A DNA stretch of 64,000 nucleotides. Source: a virus. Lineage: Duplodnaviria; Caudoviricetes. The first letter of the stretch is position 1, and each line of letters starts with the position of its first letter. Positions 40,617-49,525 of the stretch are shown piece after piece. A program made the position numbers and the translations under genes. The notes below the pieces were generated by a model. That model was not told the origin of the DNA. It made no database searches and saw only the letters and a program-made list of their open reading frames with translations. The stretch is from IMG/VR virus record IMGVR_UViG_3300033073_001516, positions 87,747-151,746 of that record; one strand, given 5' to 3'.

Positions 40617-40631
40617 GAGAGTAAGTATTTC

Positions 40632-40666
40632 AAAAACAAAAACGGCAGCCGCAAGGGCTGCCGTTT
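40632..40666 (-). terminator. Intrinsic terminator
   Basis: AAACGGCAGCC/GGCTGCCGTTT hairpin plus U-run. Confidence 0.75.
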
Positions 40667-40682
40667 GCTTCTTATTAAACGA

Positions 40683-40790
40683 TTACTGGGCTGCGGTATC
40701 AGCAGCAGTATCGCTAGCGCTATCGCTCTTATCACCGGTGCATGCACCGAGGAAGAGAGAGCTGAGAGCTGCAAAGATAACGTACTTCAT
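40683..40790 (-). CDS. 35-aa lipoprotein (not in ORF track)
   Basis: MKYVIFAALSSLFLGAC-TGDKSDSASDTAADTAAQ; AGGAG RBS, lipobox LGAC, terminator downstream. Confidence 0.75.
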   Translation of the reverse strand: MKYVIFAALSSLFLGACTGDKSDSASDTAADTAAQ

Positions 40791-40842
40791 TGTCTTCTCC
40801 TTTGAGGTTTTAACTATATTTCTGCGCTAGAATCGTAAAATG

Positions 40843-40928
40843 TGGTGGGATCAGTGGGAGTCGAACCCACACGCTCTCACGAGCAAAGGATTTTAAGTCC
40901 CCATCGGCTACCGTTACGACATGATCCC
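40843..40928 (-). tRNA. tRNA-Leu(UAA)
   Basis: Loop CTTAAAA, long variable arm, CCA. Confidence 0.92.
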
Positions 40929-40980
40929 GACTTGATAAATGTAACGTATCGATTGCGCATTTTCACGATAAATATGAATT

Positions 40981-42015
40981 ATGCAGAGCAATCTTAGAAA
41001 GCTTATCCGTCTGATGATCGAATCGGACGCGACTTTACCTTCTCCCCAGAACCTGAATCCAATCGACCCGCAAGCTATCAGAAGATCAAAAATGGATAGT
41101 TTAGCTGCCGAGGTGGCGAGTAAGCTTGATCTAGCCGATGTTCGATATTTGTCAAAGTCAAAGCGTCTCTACGGGGCTTACACTTTCTCGGCAGTCGATC
41201 ATAGAAACGAGAACGTTATTCTCAAAATTCAACCCGAAAATGAGCTGGCCGGCTATGTCAGAGCTCAGCAAATAATATCGAGGCTTCCTGATCGAGTGGC
41301 TCGTCATTTGCCGATGATTTACAAAGTTAGAACGCTGGAAGAGATAGGCGTGAAACCTCCAACTGACGAATTCGGGACCTCTGAGAACCTCGGTGTCATC
41401 GTGATGGAGCGCCTGGAAGAGCTACCCGGTAACATGTTCGATCTAATCACTCAACCAGCGACAAAGTCTATGAGATCTTTAGAATCGTTAGTTCGTGATC
41501 GACAGGCTTTCAACGATATGATAGACGAGGCTATGAAGAAGTCAGAACGCTCGATCGACTCTGCCATCAAAAATTCAGCCCGAAAAGTTGATCATGATGA
41601 AGAAGTTGAGCGTTTGAGAAGAATGCTGAGATCTGCTTCATACAGCCCCGAGGTTACCGACGATAGCGGTGGCATGATGATATCAGCCATCGACGGACTG
41701 AGCTCTGTTATCTGGGAGAAAGTGAACCTCTGGTGCAGAAATCTTGGGATAACCAAGCCGGGATCTATTCAATCTCTGACGCAAATGCTAATGAGCTCAA
41801 TGTCTACTCTTCTTGGAAGACGGGCAGTACCAAAAGAACCGACCCGTGACGTCGCTGGTCCTCTGGGCCGTACGAAAGGAATAAGAGAGCTCGTCAAAGC
41901 ACTAGATGACCTAAAGTCTATGAACATCAAGCCGTCCGACGTTCATGGAAACAACATCATGATCCGTCCCGAGACAGGTGAGCTTGTCCTAGCGGATCTA
42001 GGTCATTTCACCTGA
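40981..42015 (+). CDS. Protein-kinase-fold protein with leader motif
   Basis: VILKI, IVMERL, SDVHGNNIM, LADLG; N-terminus MQSNLRKLIRLMIES. Confidence 0.8.
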   Translation: MQSNLRKLIRLMIESDATLPSPQNLNPIDPQAIRRSKMDSLAAEVASKLDLADVRYLSKSKRLYGAYTFSAVDHRNENVILKIQPENELAGYVRAQQIISRLPDRVARHLPMIYKVRTLEEIGVKPPTDEFGTSENLGVIVMERLEELPGNMFDLITQPATKSMRSLESLVRDRQAFNDMIDEAMKKSERSIDSAIKNSARKVDHDEEVERLRRMLRSASYSPEVTDDSGGMMISAIDGLSSVIWEKVNLWCRNLGITKPGSIQSLTQMLMSSMSTLLGRRAVPKEPTRDVAGPLGRTKGIRELVKALDDLKSMNIKPSDVHGNNIMIRPETGELVLADLGHFT

Positions 42016-42232
42016 TCATCTCATCCAATATCTCCTCGATCATCTCACGAAGCTTCATCTTCTTGAAGTATTTCGCGATTTTTGCTCGAACGTCGGGCTC
42101 AACGATCACTCCGGGCTGATCGAGCATGTCAGTCTCACGACCGTAAGTGGGATCATGAGGGGCTCGAGTCTTCGCTTTCGGTGCTCTCGTGCTGTGACCT
42201 GGCGTTGACCTGTCCTTTTCAGTTCTCCACAT
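42008..42232 (-). CDS. Hypothetical protein
   Basis: AGGAG/GAGG upstream; C-terminal KLREMIEEILDE. Confidence 0.55.
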   Translation of the reverse strand: MWRTEKDRSTPGHSTRAPKAKTRAPHDPTYGRETDMLDQPGVIVEPDVRAKIAKYFKKMKLREMIEEILDEMIR

Positions 42233-42432
42233 CGTCGCCTCTCCTAAAATCGTATATCAGATACGCCAAACAACCAAGCCCGCAGATCGCGCTCAACGTT
42301 GTGAACAGGCTTCTACCAAGAGGGTCAAGCAGAGCCCACATGAAAACGCGGAATGCCAGATCAATCAAGTCATAGATCAATGATAACCTCCCGTAAGAGC
42401 TGCAATCATGCTCATATTGATTACATATAAGC

Positions 42433-42479
42433 AATCCTTCCTAGAGATTAAATCATTGAAATAATCTCTAGGAAGGATT
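42433..42479. terminator. 18-bp perfect inverted repeat, probable terminator
   Basis: AATCCTTCCTAGAGATTA...TAATCTCTAGGAAGGATT downstream of the acyl-CoA dehydrogenase. Confidence 0.65.
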
Positions 42480-42497
42480 TTTAGAGAAAGAGCTAAA

Positions 42498-44384
42498 TTA
42501 CGTCTGGGTGTAATCGCTGCAGAACTTTCTTTCAATTGCTGGAAGGTCGGTCTCACCTCGACGAGGCAGCATCTCAGCTCTCTCCATCACGGCGTTTGCC
42601 GCAACGGTAGCCTCCAGGTCAGCATTGTCCCAGACTTCAGAGAACAGACGCTTCACCACTCCACGCCGTGACTTGAAAAAGTGCTCCATGACCGTCATAT
42701 TGCGCGAGAAATTTGGATCCTTGCGATCCTTCTCAGTCTGGAGGCGTGAGGCGACGAGTGCCATCACAGCTAGCTCTGCACCGATGTCCACCAGTCGAGC
42801 AAGGATGAGCTGTCTCATTTCAAGCTTCGGTCCACGAAGAAGCATCTGGTGGAAGAGGGTGAGAGCGAGTCGACGTGTGTATCCATCCACCCAGCTGAGA
42901 TGACGCGATAGATTATCATCGAACTTATCAAATTTGTCAAAAATTGAGCCCACGACATTCGAGATATACCATTTCGGATAGATGAGAGCGCACTTACCGA
43001 TCACCTTGATCTTGTCCCATAACGTCGCTCCCTTCTTGAAGAGACCTCCAGCATTTCGGAGGTGACCGTCGAGAGCCTCACGGGCGATGAAGAGGTGCAT
43101 GACGTCCGTCGTCCCCTCCACGATCCGGTTGATCCGCGTGTCTCGGAGGACTCGCTCCATCGGGAATCCGACCTCTCCGCGACCCTCCACAGACTTCTCG
43201 GTCTCGAATCCGCGTCCACCTCGGAGCTGGAATGCCGCGTCAGCGACCTCCCAGGAGCGTTCACTGTTCCACATCTTGGCAGTGGCAGCCTCCATTCGGA
43301 TGTCGACGTTGTGCCGGTCACTGAGTGCCGCACCGTAGAGGGCGAGGGTCTCCATGGCGTAGGTCTGGCCTGCGATCTCTGCGAGCTTCTGGGCACCGGC
43401 CTCGTGGTTACCTACCGCCTTTCCCCACTGGACGCGGCTCTTCGCCCAAGAGGCCGAGAAGTCAAGGACATCCTTCGAGACAAATGCCGCTACCGCTGGG
43501 ATTCCCAATCGACCGTCATTGAGAGTGGTGAGCGCGAGCTTCAAGCCCTTCCCCTCACCGAGGATGACATTCTCTGCCGGAACCTTCACATTGCGGAACC
43601 GGATGAGACCGTTCTCGATGGCTCGGATGCCGAGGAATCGACAGCGATGGACGACTTCGAGACCCTCGGATCGACCTTCCACCACGAATGCCGTGATACC
43701 CTTTCGACCATCGTCAGAGACCGTACGGGCCATGACCACGTAGAGGTCAGCCAGGGTGCCGTTGGTGCACCAGAGCTTCTCGCCGTTGATGATCCAGGAA
43801 CCGTCGGGCTGCTTCACTGCCTCGGTGACCATGCTGGCCGGGTCGGAACCTGCACCTGGTTCCGTAAGAGCGAACGCTGAAAGCTCACCCTTGGCGATAC
43901 GAGGAAGCCACTTCTTCTTCTGCTCCTCGGTGCCGAAGAGTTTCAGGGGCTGGGGTACACCGATGGACTGGTGGGCTGAGAGGGTCGCCGCGGTTGAACC
44001 GCAGTACTTTGCCACCGCACCGAGAATCCGGACGTAGTTTGTCTGCGAGAGGCCGAGGCCACCGTACTCCTTCGGGATCTTGATACCGAAGAGTCCAAGC
44101 TCAGCGATACCCTTCCAGACATGCGGCGGGATCTCCTGAGCCTTATCGATCGCATCACCATCGAGATTATCCTTCGCCCAAGCATCAAACCTTGCGATGA
44201 TCTCATCCCCCGCCTCGCGATCAGCCACGCTTTGTTCTGGGAACGGATAGGAAAGCTCGATGTCCAGGTCGCCCATGAACATCGAACCCATGAAAGACTT
44301 TGACTTCCAATCCAGCTCACGACTCTCCTCAGCGACCTGGATCGACTTTGCTTCTTCAGACGTACGATTCTTATTCTCGATCAT
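42498..44384 (-). CDS. Acyl-CoA dehydrogenase (VLCAD/ACAD9-like long form)
   Basis: IPKEYGGLGL, AHQSIG, FALTEPGAGSD, NGEKLWCTNG, RIVEGT. Confidence 0.95.
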   Translation of the reverse strand: MIENKNRTSEEAKSIQVAEESRELDWKSKSFMGSMFMGDLDIELSYPFPEQSVADREAGDEIIARFDAWAKDNLDGDAIDKAQEIPPHVWKGIAELGLFGIKIPKEYGGLGLSQTNYVRILGAVAKYCGSTAATLSAHQSIGVPQPLKLFGTEEQKKKWLPRIAKGELSAFALTEPGAGSDPASMVTEAVKQPDGSWIINGEKLWCTNGTLADLYVVMARTVSDDGRKGITAFVVEGRSEGLEVVHRCRFLGIRAIENGLIRFRNVKVPAENVILGEGKGLKLALTTLNDGRLGIPAVAAFVSKDVLDFSASWAKSRVQWGKAVGNHEAGAQKLAEIAGQTYAMETLALYGAALSDRHNVDIRMEAATAKMWNSERSWEVADAAFQLRGGRGFETEKSVEGRGEVGFPMERVLRDTRINRIVEGTTDVMHLFIAREALDGHLRNAGGLFKKGATLWDKIKVIGKCALIYPKWYISNVVGSIFDKFDKFDDNLSRHLSWVDGYTRRLALTLFHQMLLRGPKLEMRQLILARLVDIGAELAVMALVASRLQTEKDRKDPNFSRNMTVMEHFFKSRRGVVKRLFSEVWDNADLEATVAANAVMERAEMLPRRGETDLPAIERKFCSDYTQT

Positions 44385-44444
44385 CTTTTCTCCTTTCGTG
44401 AAGTATAAAGCGAAATGAATGACTGTTCAACTTAAGATGCAGGC

Positions 44445-44482
44445 AAAAGAAAAGCGGCTTTTGGAAATGCCTCCAGAGCCGC
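44445..44482 (-). terminator. Intrinsic terminator
   Basis: GCGGCT..TGGA/TCCA..AGCCGC hairpin plus TTTTCTTTT. Confidence 0.7.
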
Positions 44483-44565
44483 AAACTGTGCCAACCTACG
44501 ATTTGGACGGGATTGCTATCAGGATACCCGCGCTTTCGATCCCTGATCAGGGGCCAACAATTCTA

Positions 44566-44769
44566 TTACTTGCGCTGAACGAATTCGTAGAGATCCTCGG
44601 CAAGCGTCTTGATCTCTGCAGCGGTGGGAGCTGGAGGAAGAGGTTCAAGTTGACGTTGTCCAAGATCAGCATTACGAGTAAGGACCCTGCATTCCTCGTG
44701 CCACTTCTCAAAGAGAATATTCTTCGCATCATTGAGAATGTTGTATCGAATATCATAACCAGTTGCCAT
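44566..44769 (-). CDS. Small phage protein
   Basis: YDIRYNILNDAK...PTAAEIKTLAEDLYEFV resembles a small T4-like phage family; GGAG RBS. Confidence 0.7.
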   Translation of the reverse strand: MATGYDIRYNILNDAKNILFEKWHEECRVLTRNADLGQRQLEPLPPAPTAAEIKTLAEDLYEFVQRK

Positions 44770-44857
44770 TTTTTACTCCGTGTGTGTGTGAAATGACGGT
44801 GTTAAAGTCGACCGTCTGCGACTTTTCGATCTTATTATCGATCAAAATTAGCGTAAA

Positions 44858-45844
44858 CTAGAAAGCCTTCGGACTTCCTGCGGTAGAGCCGAGGAACGTG
44901 ACAATATCGCTCACATGCTCCGGGGTGAGATCCTTACCCAGCTGATGCTTTCCCATCATGGAAACAGCCTCACCAAGAGACGCAGCAGATGCATCGTGGA
45001 AGTAAGGGGCAGTCTCAGTCGAGTTACGAAGGGATGCTACCTTGAATACCATCCTGTCGGACTCCTGGTTCGTTACCCCAAATCGTCCCTGATCAGCCTG
45101 ATTTGGCCATGGATTGACTGTTCCAAGCTTCATGAACGAAGCCCCACCAAGGAGAGCACCATTGTGACATGCGGTGCAGCCGACCTCCATGAAAGTGTTG
45201 AGTCCGCGCTTCTCATCATCGCTGAGCGCCGAATCATCACCAGCGAGGAAAGAGTCCCACTTGGATGGAGTGACCAGAGTCCGCTCGTAGGCACCGATCG
45301 CGACGCCAATGTTCTGGAAATTAAGAGGGTCCTTCTCACCCGGGAATGCCTTAGCAAACTCTGCGATGTATGTCGGATCTTTCTTGAGAACTGCCACAAC
45401 GGCATCTGCATTCGGCATCGCCATCTCGCCAGCAGCTAGGATAGGACCGAGAGCCTGCTCTTCCACGGTAGCAGCCCGACCATCCCAGAACTGGGAGAAT
45501 TGACCAGCAGCGTTAAAGACCGTCGGAGAATTGCGACCGACCGGCTGCATCTTATGACCTGGAGAGAAAGAATGCTCATCAGCTCCATCCTTCGCTACGT
45601 TATGACAGGAGGAGCAAGAGAGATCACTGTCGGCGGAGAGCTGCGTCTCAAAAAAGAGACGTCGACCAAGAGCGACGCGCTCGGGAGTAGGCTCACTACC
45701 AGCGACAAAAAAGTTATCAGGGAGAGGCTGGAACGCTCCGAGCTTCGTTCGATCAACTGTCACTGCGTCGGCGATCTGCGGATTTACTGTCTCGACTGCA
45801 TCGTTGTTAGAGCATGCGAGGAGAAGCGAAAGAATCGTGATCAT
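44858..45844 (-). CDS. Di-haem cytochrome c peroxidase (CCP/MauG family), lipoprotein
   Basis: CSSCH and CTACH, RNSPTV, QFWDGRA, PYFHD; lipobox LLAC. Confidence 0.93.
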   Translation of the reverse strand: MITILSLLLACSNNDAVETVNPQIADAVTVDRTKLGAFQPLPDNFFVAGSEPTPERVALGRRLFFETQLSADSDLSCSSCHNVAKDGADEHSFSPGHKMQPVGRNSPTVFNAAGQFSQFWDGRAATVEEQALGPILAAGEMAMPNADAVVAVLKKDPTYIAEFAKAFPGEKDPLNFQNIGVAIGAYERTLVTPSKWDSFLAGDDSALSDDEKRGLNTFMEVGCTACHNGALLGGASFMKLGTVNPWPNQADQGRFGVTNQESDRMVFKVASLRNSTETAPYFHDASAASLGEAVSMMGKHQLGKDLTPEHVSDIVTFLGSTAGSPKAF

Positions 45845-45873
45845 TATTTTCTCTTTGTTTGACGTTTTGGTTG

Positions 45874-45909
45874 AAAAAAGCCAGCATCCAAATCAATAGA
45901 TGCTGGCTT
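45874..45909 (-). terminator. Intrinsic terminator after tRNA cluster
   Basis: AAGCCAGCATC/GATGCTGGCTT plus U-run. Confidence 0.75.
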
Positions 45910-45912
45910 AGA

Positions 45913-46002
45913 TGGCGGAAGCGGTGAGATTCGAACTCACGGTGACGATTAAACCACGGCGGTTTTCAAGACCGCTGCCTTAAACCACTCGGCCACGCTT
46001 CC
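45913..46002 (-). tRNA. tRNA-Ser(UGA)
   Basis: Loop CTTGAAA, long variable arm, G73, CCA. Confidence 0.93.
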
Positions 46003-46008
46003 TTAAAT

Positions 46009-46083
46009 TGGAGCCCGAAGTCGGATTTGAACCGACGACCTCCCACTTACAAAGAGGGAGCTCTACCCCTGAGCTATTCGGGC
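46009..46083 (-). tRNA. tRNA-Thr(UGU)
   Basis: Loop TTTGTAA, CCA. Confidence 0.92.
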
Positions 46084-46120
46084 ATACATGTATTATATGC
46101 TGATTCTGGATTTTTATAGG

Positions 46121-46166
46121 TGGCGCAGGAAGCGGGATTCGAACCCGCACACTCTTTTTGAACGGC
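46121..46166 (-). pseudogene. 3' fragment of a tRNA gene
   Basis: GCGGGTTCGAATCCCGC T-arm plus TTCCTGCGCCA; no D-arm or anticodon arm upstream. Confidence 0.65.
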
Positions 46167-46172
46167 AAATAA

Positions 46173-46574
46173 TCACAGCTTCATAGTCTCCCACTTACCA
46201 TCCCAGTTCGTATATCGGACTGCTTTCACTCCCTTGATTCTCAGGAAGTTCTGGCAGTGAACGCAGGGTTTTGCCATCGTAAGAGTCCCATCCTTGAAGC
46301 ATCTCATAACGTGAATACGTTCTGGAACCTCTTGGAGCTGAAGGATCAGATCAACCTCAGCGTGGATACCATAGTGCGTATCAGGACTGTTGGCGTAACG
46401 CTTGCGAAATTTCGCTGTCTTGCGCCGCTCGGAATTAACTCCAATGGTGCCCTTCTTGTTGACGTAGGCAGCAACGTGGAAGATCTCGTTGTTGTTAAGC
46501 GCTCTGTTCCTTGCTTCGTAGTACACTAGACATAATGTCCATGCCCTCCATACATCATGATAATACCACATCAT
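46173..46574 (-). CDS. Zinc-dependent deaminase-fold protein (start uncertain)
   Basis: HAE...AKPCVHC. Confidence 0.8.
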   Translation of the reverse strand: MMWYYHDVWRAWTLCLVYYEARNRALNNNEIFHVAAYVNKKGTIGVNSERRKTAKFRKRYANSPDTHYGIHAEVDLILQLQEVPERIHVMRCFKDGTLTMAKPCVHCQNFLRIKGVKAVRYTNWDGKWETMKL

Positions 46575-46605
46575 GATTGGGTTTGCATGCTTGCTGCAAG
46601 TTATT

Positions 46606-46682
46606 TGGCGGTGCGTATGGGACTCGAACCCATGACCTCCAGCGTGACAGGCTGGCGTTCTAACCTGCTGAACTAACGCACC
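46606..46682 (-). tRNA. tRNA-Asp(GUC)
   Basis: Loop CTGTCAC, G73, CCA. Confidence 0.94.
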
Positions 46683-46697
46683 TGGAGCAGACTCGAG

Positions 46698-46772
46698 TGG
46701 TTGGGGATGAAGGATTCGAACCTCCGAATGGCAGGGTCAGAACCTGCAGCCTTACCGCTTGGCTAATCCCCA
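46698..46772 (-). tRNA. tRNA-Gln(CUG)
   Basis: Loop TTCTGAC, U1-A72, CCA. Confidence 0.93.
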
Positions 46773-46779
46773 TCTGAAT

Positions 46780-46869
46780 TGGCGGAGACGGAGAGATTCG
46801 AACTCTCGGTTCCCGTTGAGGAACACAGCATTTCCAATGCTGCACCTTCGACCGCTCGGTCACGTCTCC
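46780..46869 (-). tRNA. tRNA-Ser(GGA)
   Basis: Loop TTGGAAA, long variable arm, CCA. Confidence 0.93.
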
Positions 46870-46883
46870 ATTTTATTTTTTAG

Positions 46884-46959
46884 TGGTGGAGGATATCGGG
46901 TTCGAACCGATGACCCTCGGCTTGCAAAGCCGATGCTCTCCCAACTGAGCTAATCCCCC
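46884..46959 (-). tRNA. tRNA-Ala(UGC)
   Basis: Loop TTTGCAA, G3:U70, CCA. Confidence 0.95.
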
Positions 46960-47101
46960 ATTACGATTATAACTATGCTGCTCCTGCTTATTTTCTTCGA
47001 TTAGCGAATCGAAAAATATTGTGGATTACTCTGATGATCTGGTAAATCAGCGTGATCAATCTCATATAGCTATATTAGATGTTTGCGCTGGTTTTGCATG
47101 A

Positions 47102-49303
47102 TTATTTAAACTTCAGCAGCCTGACCAGAAGAGCTTCGTAGAGAGGTGTCTGTTCCACGCTTTTATCATCGATCGAATCGAGATAAGCTGACATCTCTGA
47201 CTGAAATTCTGAGACGGCAGCACTTAGCTTCATGATCTGCGATTTTGCAAACTCGTACTTGATTCTCTTGGATTCGCGTAACCGATCTGCGTTGGGCGCA
47301 TCCGATCTCCTAATTTCTCCAAGCTTATCATACAGCTCGGAGAGTCCATCCTCAGCAGCTTTAGAGATCGCTTTTTTGTATTTCCTGTTGATCAGTTCCG
47401 CTTGCTGGCGCTGCTCAGCTGGGATCGATGTATCCCACCCAGGAACAAATTCGCTTCGCGTGAACGCATCGAATTCAATCTTGAGATATCCATCATTTTC
47501 GTTGAATTTTTCCGGATTGTCGCCGATTATGTCCTTGTAAATGCTGATCTCTGACATCGCTTCGGACACGATGCTCTGCAGCCGATCGAGAAGATCTCCT
47601 ACACCACCGAGATTAGCTTTCAAACCGCTGGTCTCCGGACGGCGTAAGTTCTTCTTATCGATTACCTTCAATCGCTCAGCCTCATCTTGCTCCTGAGAGC
47701 GCCTCTTTTCGATCGAGTATCTCAGTCGCAGGATATCGATCAGCCGTTTCTCACCGTGCTCAGGGTCTGATATTGTGTAATCGGCGCCGAGCTCCTTTGT
47801 CACAGGCACGACGAGTTGGATGAAACGTTCAAGAGGCACCGAGTTACGAAGAGCCCCAGAATCCGAAAGCATCATCAAAAATTTTGCCGCCTCGATGTCC
47901 TGCGACTCGATGCTGCCCTTCACGCTTGCGAAGAATGTTTCACAGAGTTTTATCGCAAACTTTGCTGCGATCGGATCCGACCCTGTGACCCATAATCTCG
48001 TGAGGAATTCCTGCATCCAGCTGAACTTACCGCCTGATCTGCTGACGAGAGCATCGATGATGGAATTATTACCAGCGAGATCATAGACGATCGCAATTTT
48101 GATCGGAAGATAAGCGGTGATTCTATCGTAGTTGCTTACGAACCAGGAAACAATCGCGGAGATCTCATCACGTAACCCGAGCTTATCAAGCGTTCCCCTC
48201 AGCTTATTTCCGATCATCCTGTAGTCACGACCAGCAATTTCTATGAGTTCAAAAGCTGCGGCGTCTTTGTCCGGAGTTGTCTTGAACTTACGGATCTTGA
48301 TTCTGATGCCTTCGACAATATCGTTGATTTTACTTTCGACCGCTTTCTTGTCGTGAGCATGAGATTTCTTTGAACTCTTCATGGGATTATCGAACTGACG
48401 CATCTCATCTATGATCGAAGTGTCCATGATGGCGATCTGATGCGGTTCATTCTTATGGACGAGACCTTCACCCGCGTCATCAACGAGAGCTTTGATTCCG
48501 GCCGTGATGAGGAGTCTTCGCCAGACTGAGATGTTTGAGCTCTTTACTCGCGATCCTGCCTCCGTTGCATTGTCAAAGTCTGAAGCAACTTTTGTGTTTG
48601 AGAGAGCTCTTGAGAGCGTCCAGATGATCTGCAATCGTCCAAGGCTGGATATTGAGCTCGAATCCTTCGGTAGGGTGTCATTGACACCAAACACTTTGTG
48701 ATGGCGGCCAGCTTGGACCAGCATCGATCTGAAAGATCTCTCCGGATTAGAGCTCCCGTCGTTCTGCTTGAACCATCCAAGAAGCTTGTCGATTGCTGAC
48801 CTGTAGGTGGAGTCGTCCATGCCGGTCGAGGTCTGGAACACGCCTGACATGTCATTGAAGCTGAAGAAGTTGATGTATGGAGCATCCGCAACAAACGGTA
48901 GACGGTAATCTATCGACGCGTATGGGTGCAGTTCGTCCGCTATCTCAGGCATCTCGAGAGCCGTTTCCATGTAACGCCCTCGTGTGAGATGCATGATCAT
49001 TTCTGGTGTGACAGGATACGCGTATAAGGCAAGAGGAGTATCGAACGGTGACGCTGGATTGATCCCAACCTTCTGGATCGAAGTCATGGTAAATCCATAC
49101 CTCACACGTCCGCGCGCGCCCTTTCGGGCGAGCTCAAGTCCGAACTGAGCGATCTGCTTTTCGGTGTCCTGTCGTCCCGATTTCTTGACGGGAACTCGTG
49201 GATCGTCAGCTGCGCTCAGCGCAGCTCGAGTGTCCGCGCGCCGCGCGCGGGACGACTCAAAGATCTCTTGAAGAACGATCTTCCTGATAAGCTTTCGATT
49301 CAT
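47102..49303 (-). CDS. Large hypothetical protein with leader motif
   Basis: Start moved to MNRKLIRKIVLQEIFES behind ATAATTA; N-terminal half has KVGINP.S.FDTPLALYAYP and DDAGEGLVHKNEPHQ motifs. Confidence 0.75.
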   Translation of the reverse strand: MNRKLIRKIVLQEIFESSRARRADTRAALSAADDPRVPVKKSGRQDTEKQIAQFGLELARKGARGRVRYGFTMTSIQKVGINPASPFDTPLALYAYPVTPEMIMHLTRGRYMETALEMPEIADELHPYASIDYRLPFVADAPYINFFSFNDMSGVFQTSTGMDDSTYRSAIDKLLGWFKQNDGSSNPERSFRSMLVQAGRHHKVFGVNDTLPKDSSSISSLGRLQIIWTLSRALSNTKVASDFDNATEAGSRVKSSNISVWRRLLITAGIKALVDDAGEGLVHKNEPHQIAIMDTSIIDEMRQFDNPMKSSKKSHAHDKKAVESKINDIVEGIRIKIRKFKTTPDKDAAAFELIEIAGRDYRMIGNKLRGTLDKLGLRDEISAIVSWFVSNYDRITAYLPIKIAIVYDLAGNNSIIDALVSRSGGKFSWMQEFLTRLWVTGSDPIAAKFAIKLCETFFASVKGSIESQDIEAAKFLMMLSDSGALRNSVPLERFIQLVVPVTKELGADYTISDPEHGEKRLIDILRLRYSIEKRRSQEQDEAERLKVIDKKNLRRPETSGLKANLGGVGDLLDRLQSIVSEAMSEISIYKDIIGDNPEKFNENDGYLKIEFDAFTRSEFVPGWDTSIPAEQRQQAELINRKYKKAISKAAEDGLSELYDKLGEIRRSDAPNADRLRESKRIKYEFAKSQIMKLSAAVSEFQSEMSAYLDSIDDKSVEQTPLYEALLVRLLKFK

Positions 49304-49317
49304 GATGGTAATTATAC

Positions 49318-49350
49318 AAAAAAACGCCGTTGGGTGATTACCCAACGGCG
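49318..49350 (-). terminator. Intrinsic terminator after tRNA cluster
   Basis: CGCCGTTGGGT/ACCCAACGGCG plus U7. Confidence 0.85.
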
Positions 49351-49365
49351 CTCTATTCTGTTACC

Positions 49366-49441
49366 TGGTGGACCGGGTGGGGGACGATCCCACGACCTGC
49401 GGATTAAGAGTCCGACGCTCTACCAGCTGAGCTACCGGTCC
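49366..49441 (-). tRNA. tRNA-Lys(CUU), atypical T-loop
   Basis: Loop CTCTTAA, T-loop ATCGTCC, CCA. Confidence 0.85.
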
Positions 49442-49446
49442 ATTTA

Positions 49447-49522
49447 TGGTGGCACTAACTTGATTCGAACAAGTGACCGAGCGTGTATGAAACGCTTGCT
49501 CTACCAACTGAGCTATAGTGCC
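49447..49522 (-). tRNA. tRNA-Met(CAU), elongator type
   Basis: Loop TTCATAC, paired 1-72, no GGG/CCC anticodon stem. Confidence 0.88.
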
Positions 49523-49525
49523 GAA

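Noticed and set aside
42219-42434. Small hydrophobic ORF
   Set aside because: Start uncertain and no supporting motif; possible but not called
42625-44320. Long antisense/alternate-frame ORFs over the ACAD gene (and similar ones at 56-63 kb)
   Set aside because: Shadow ORFs from GC-rich codon bias; no RBS or motifs
46121-46605. Intron-split tRNA
   Set aside because: No 5' tRNA half or group I core found upstream
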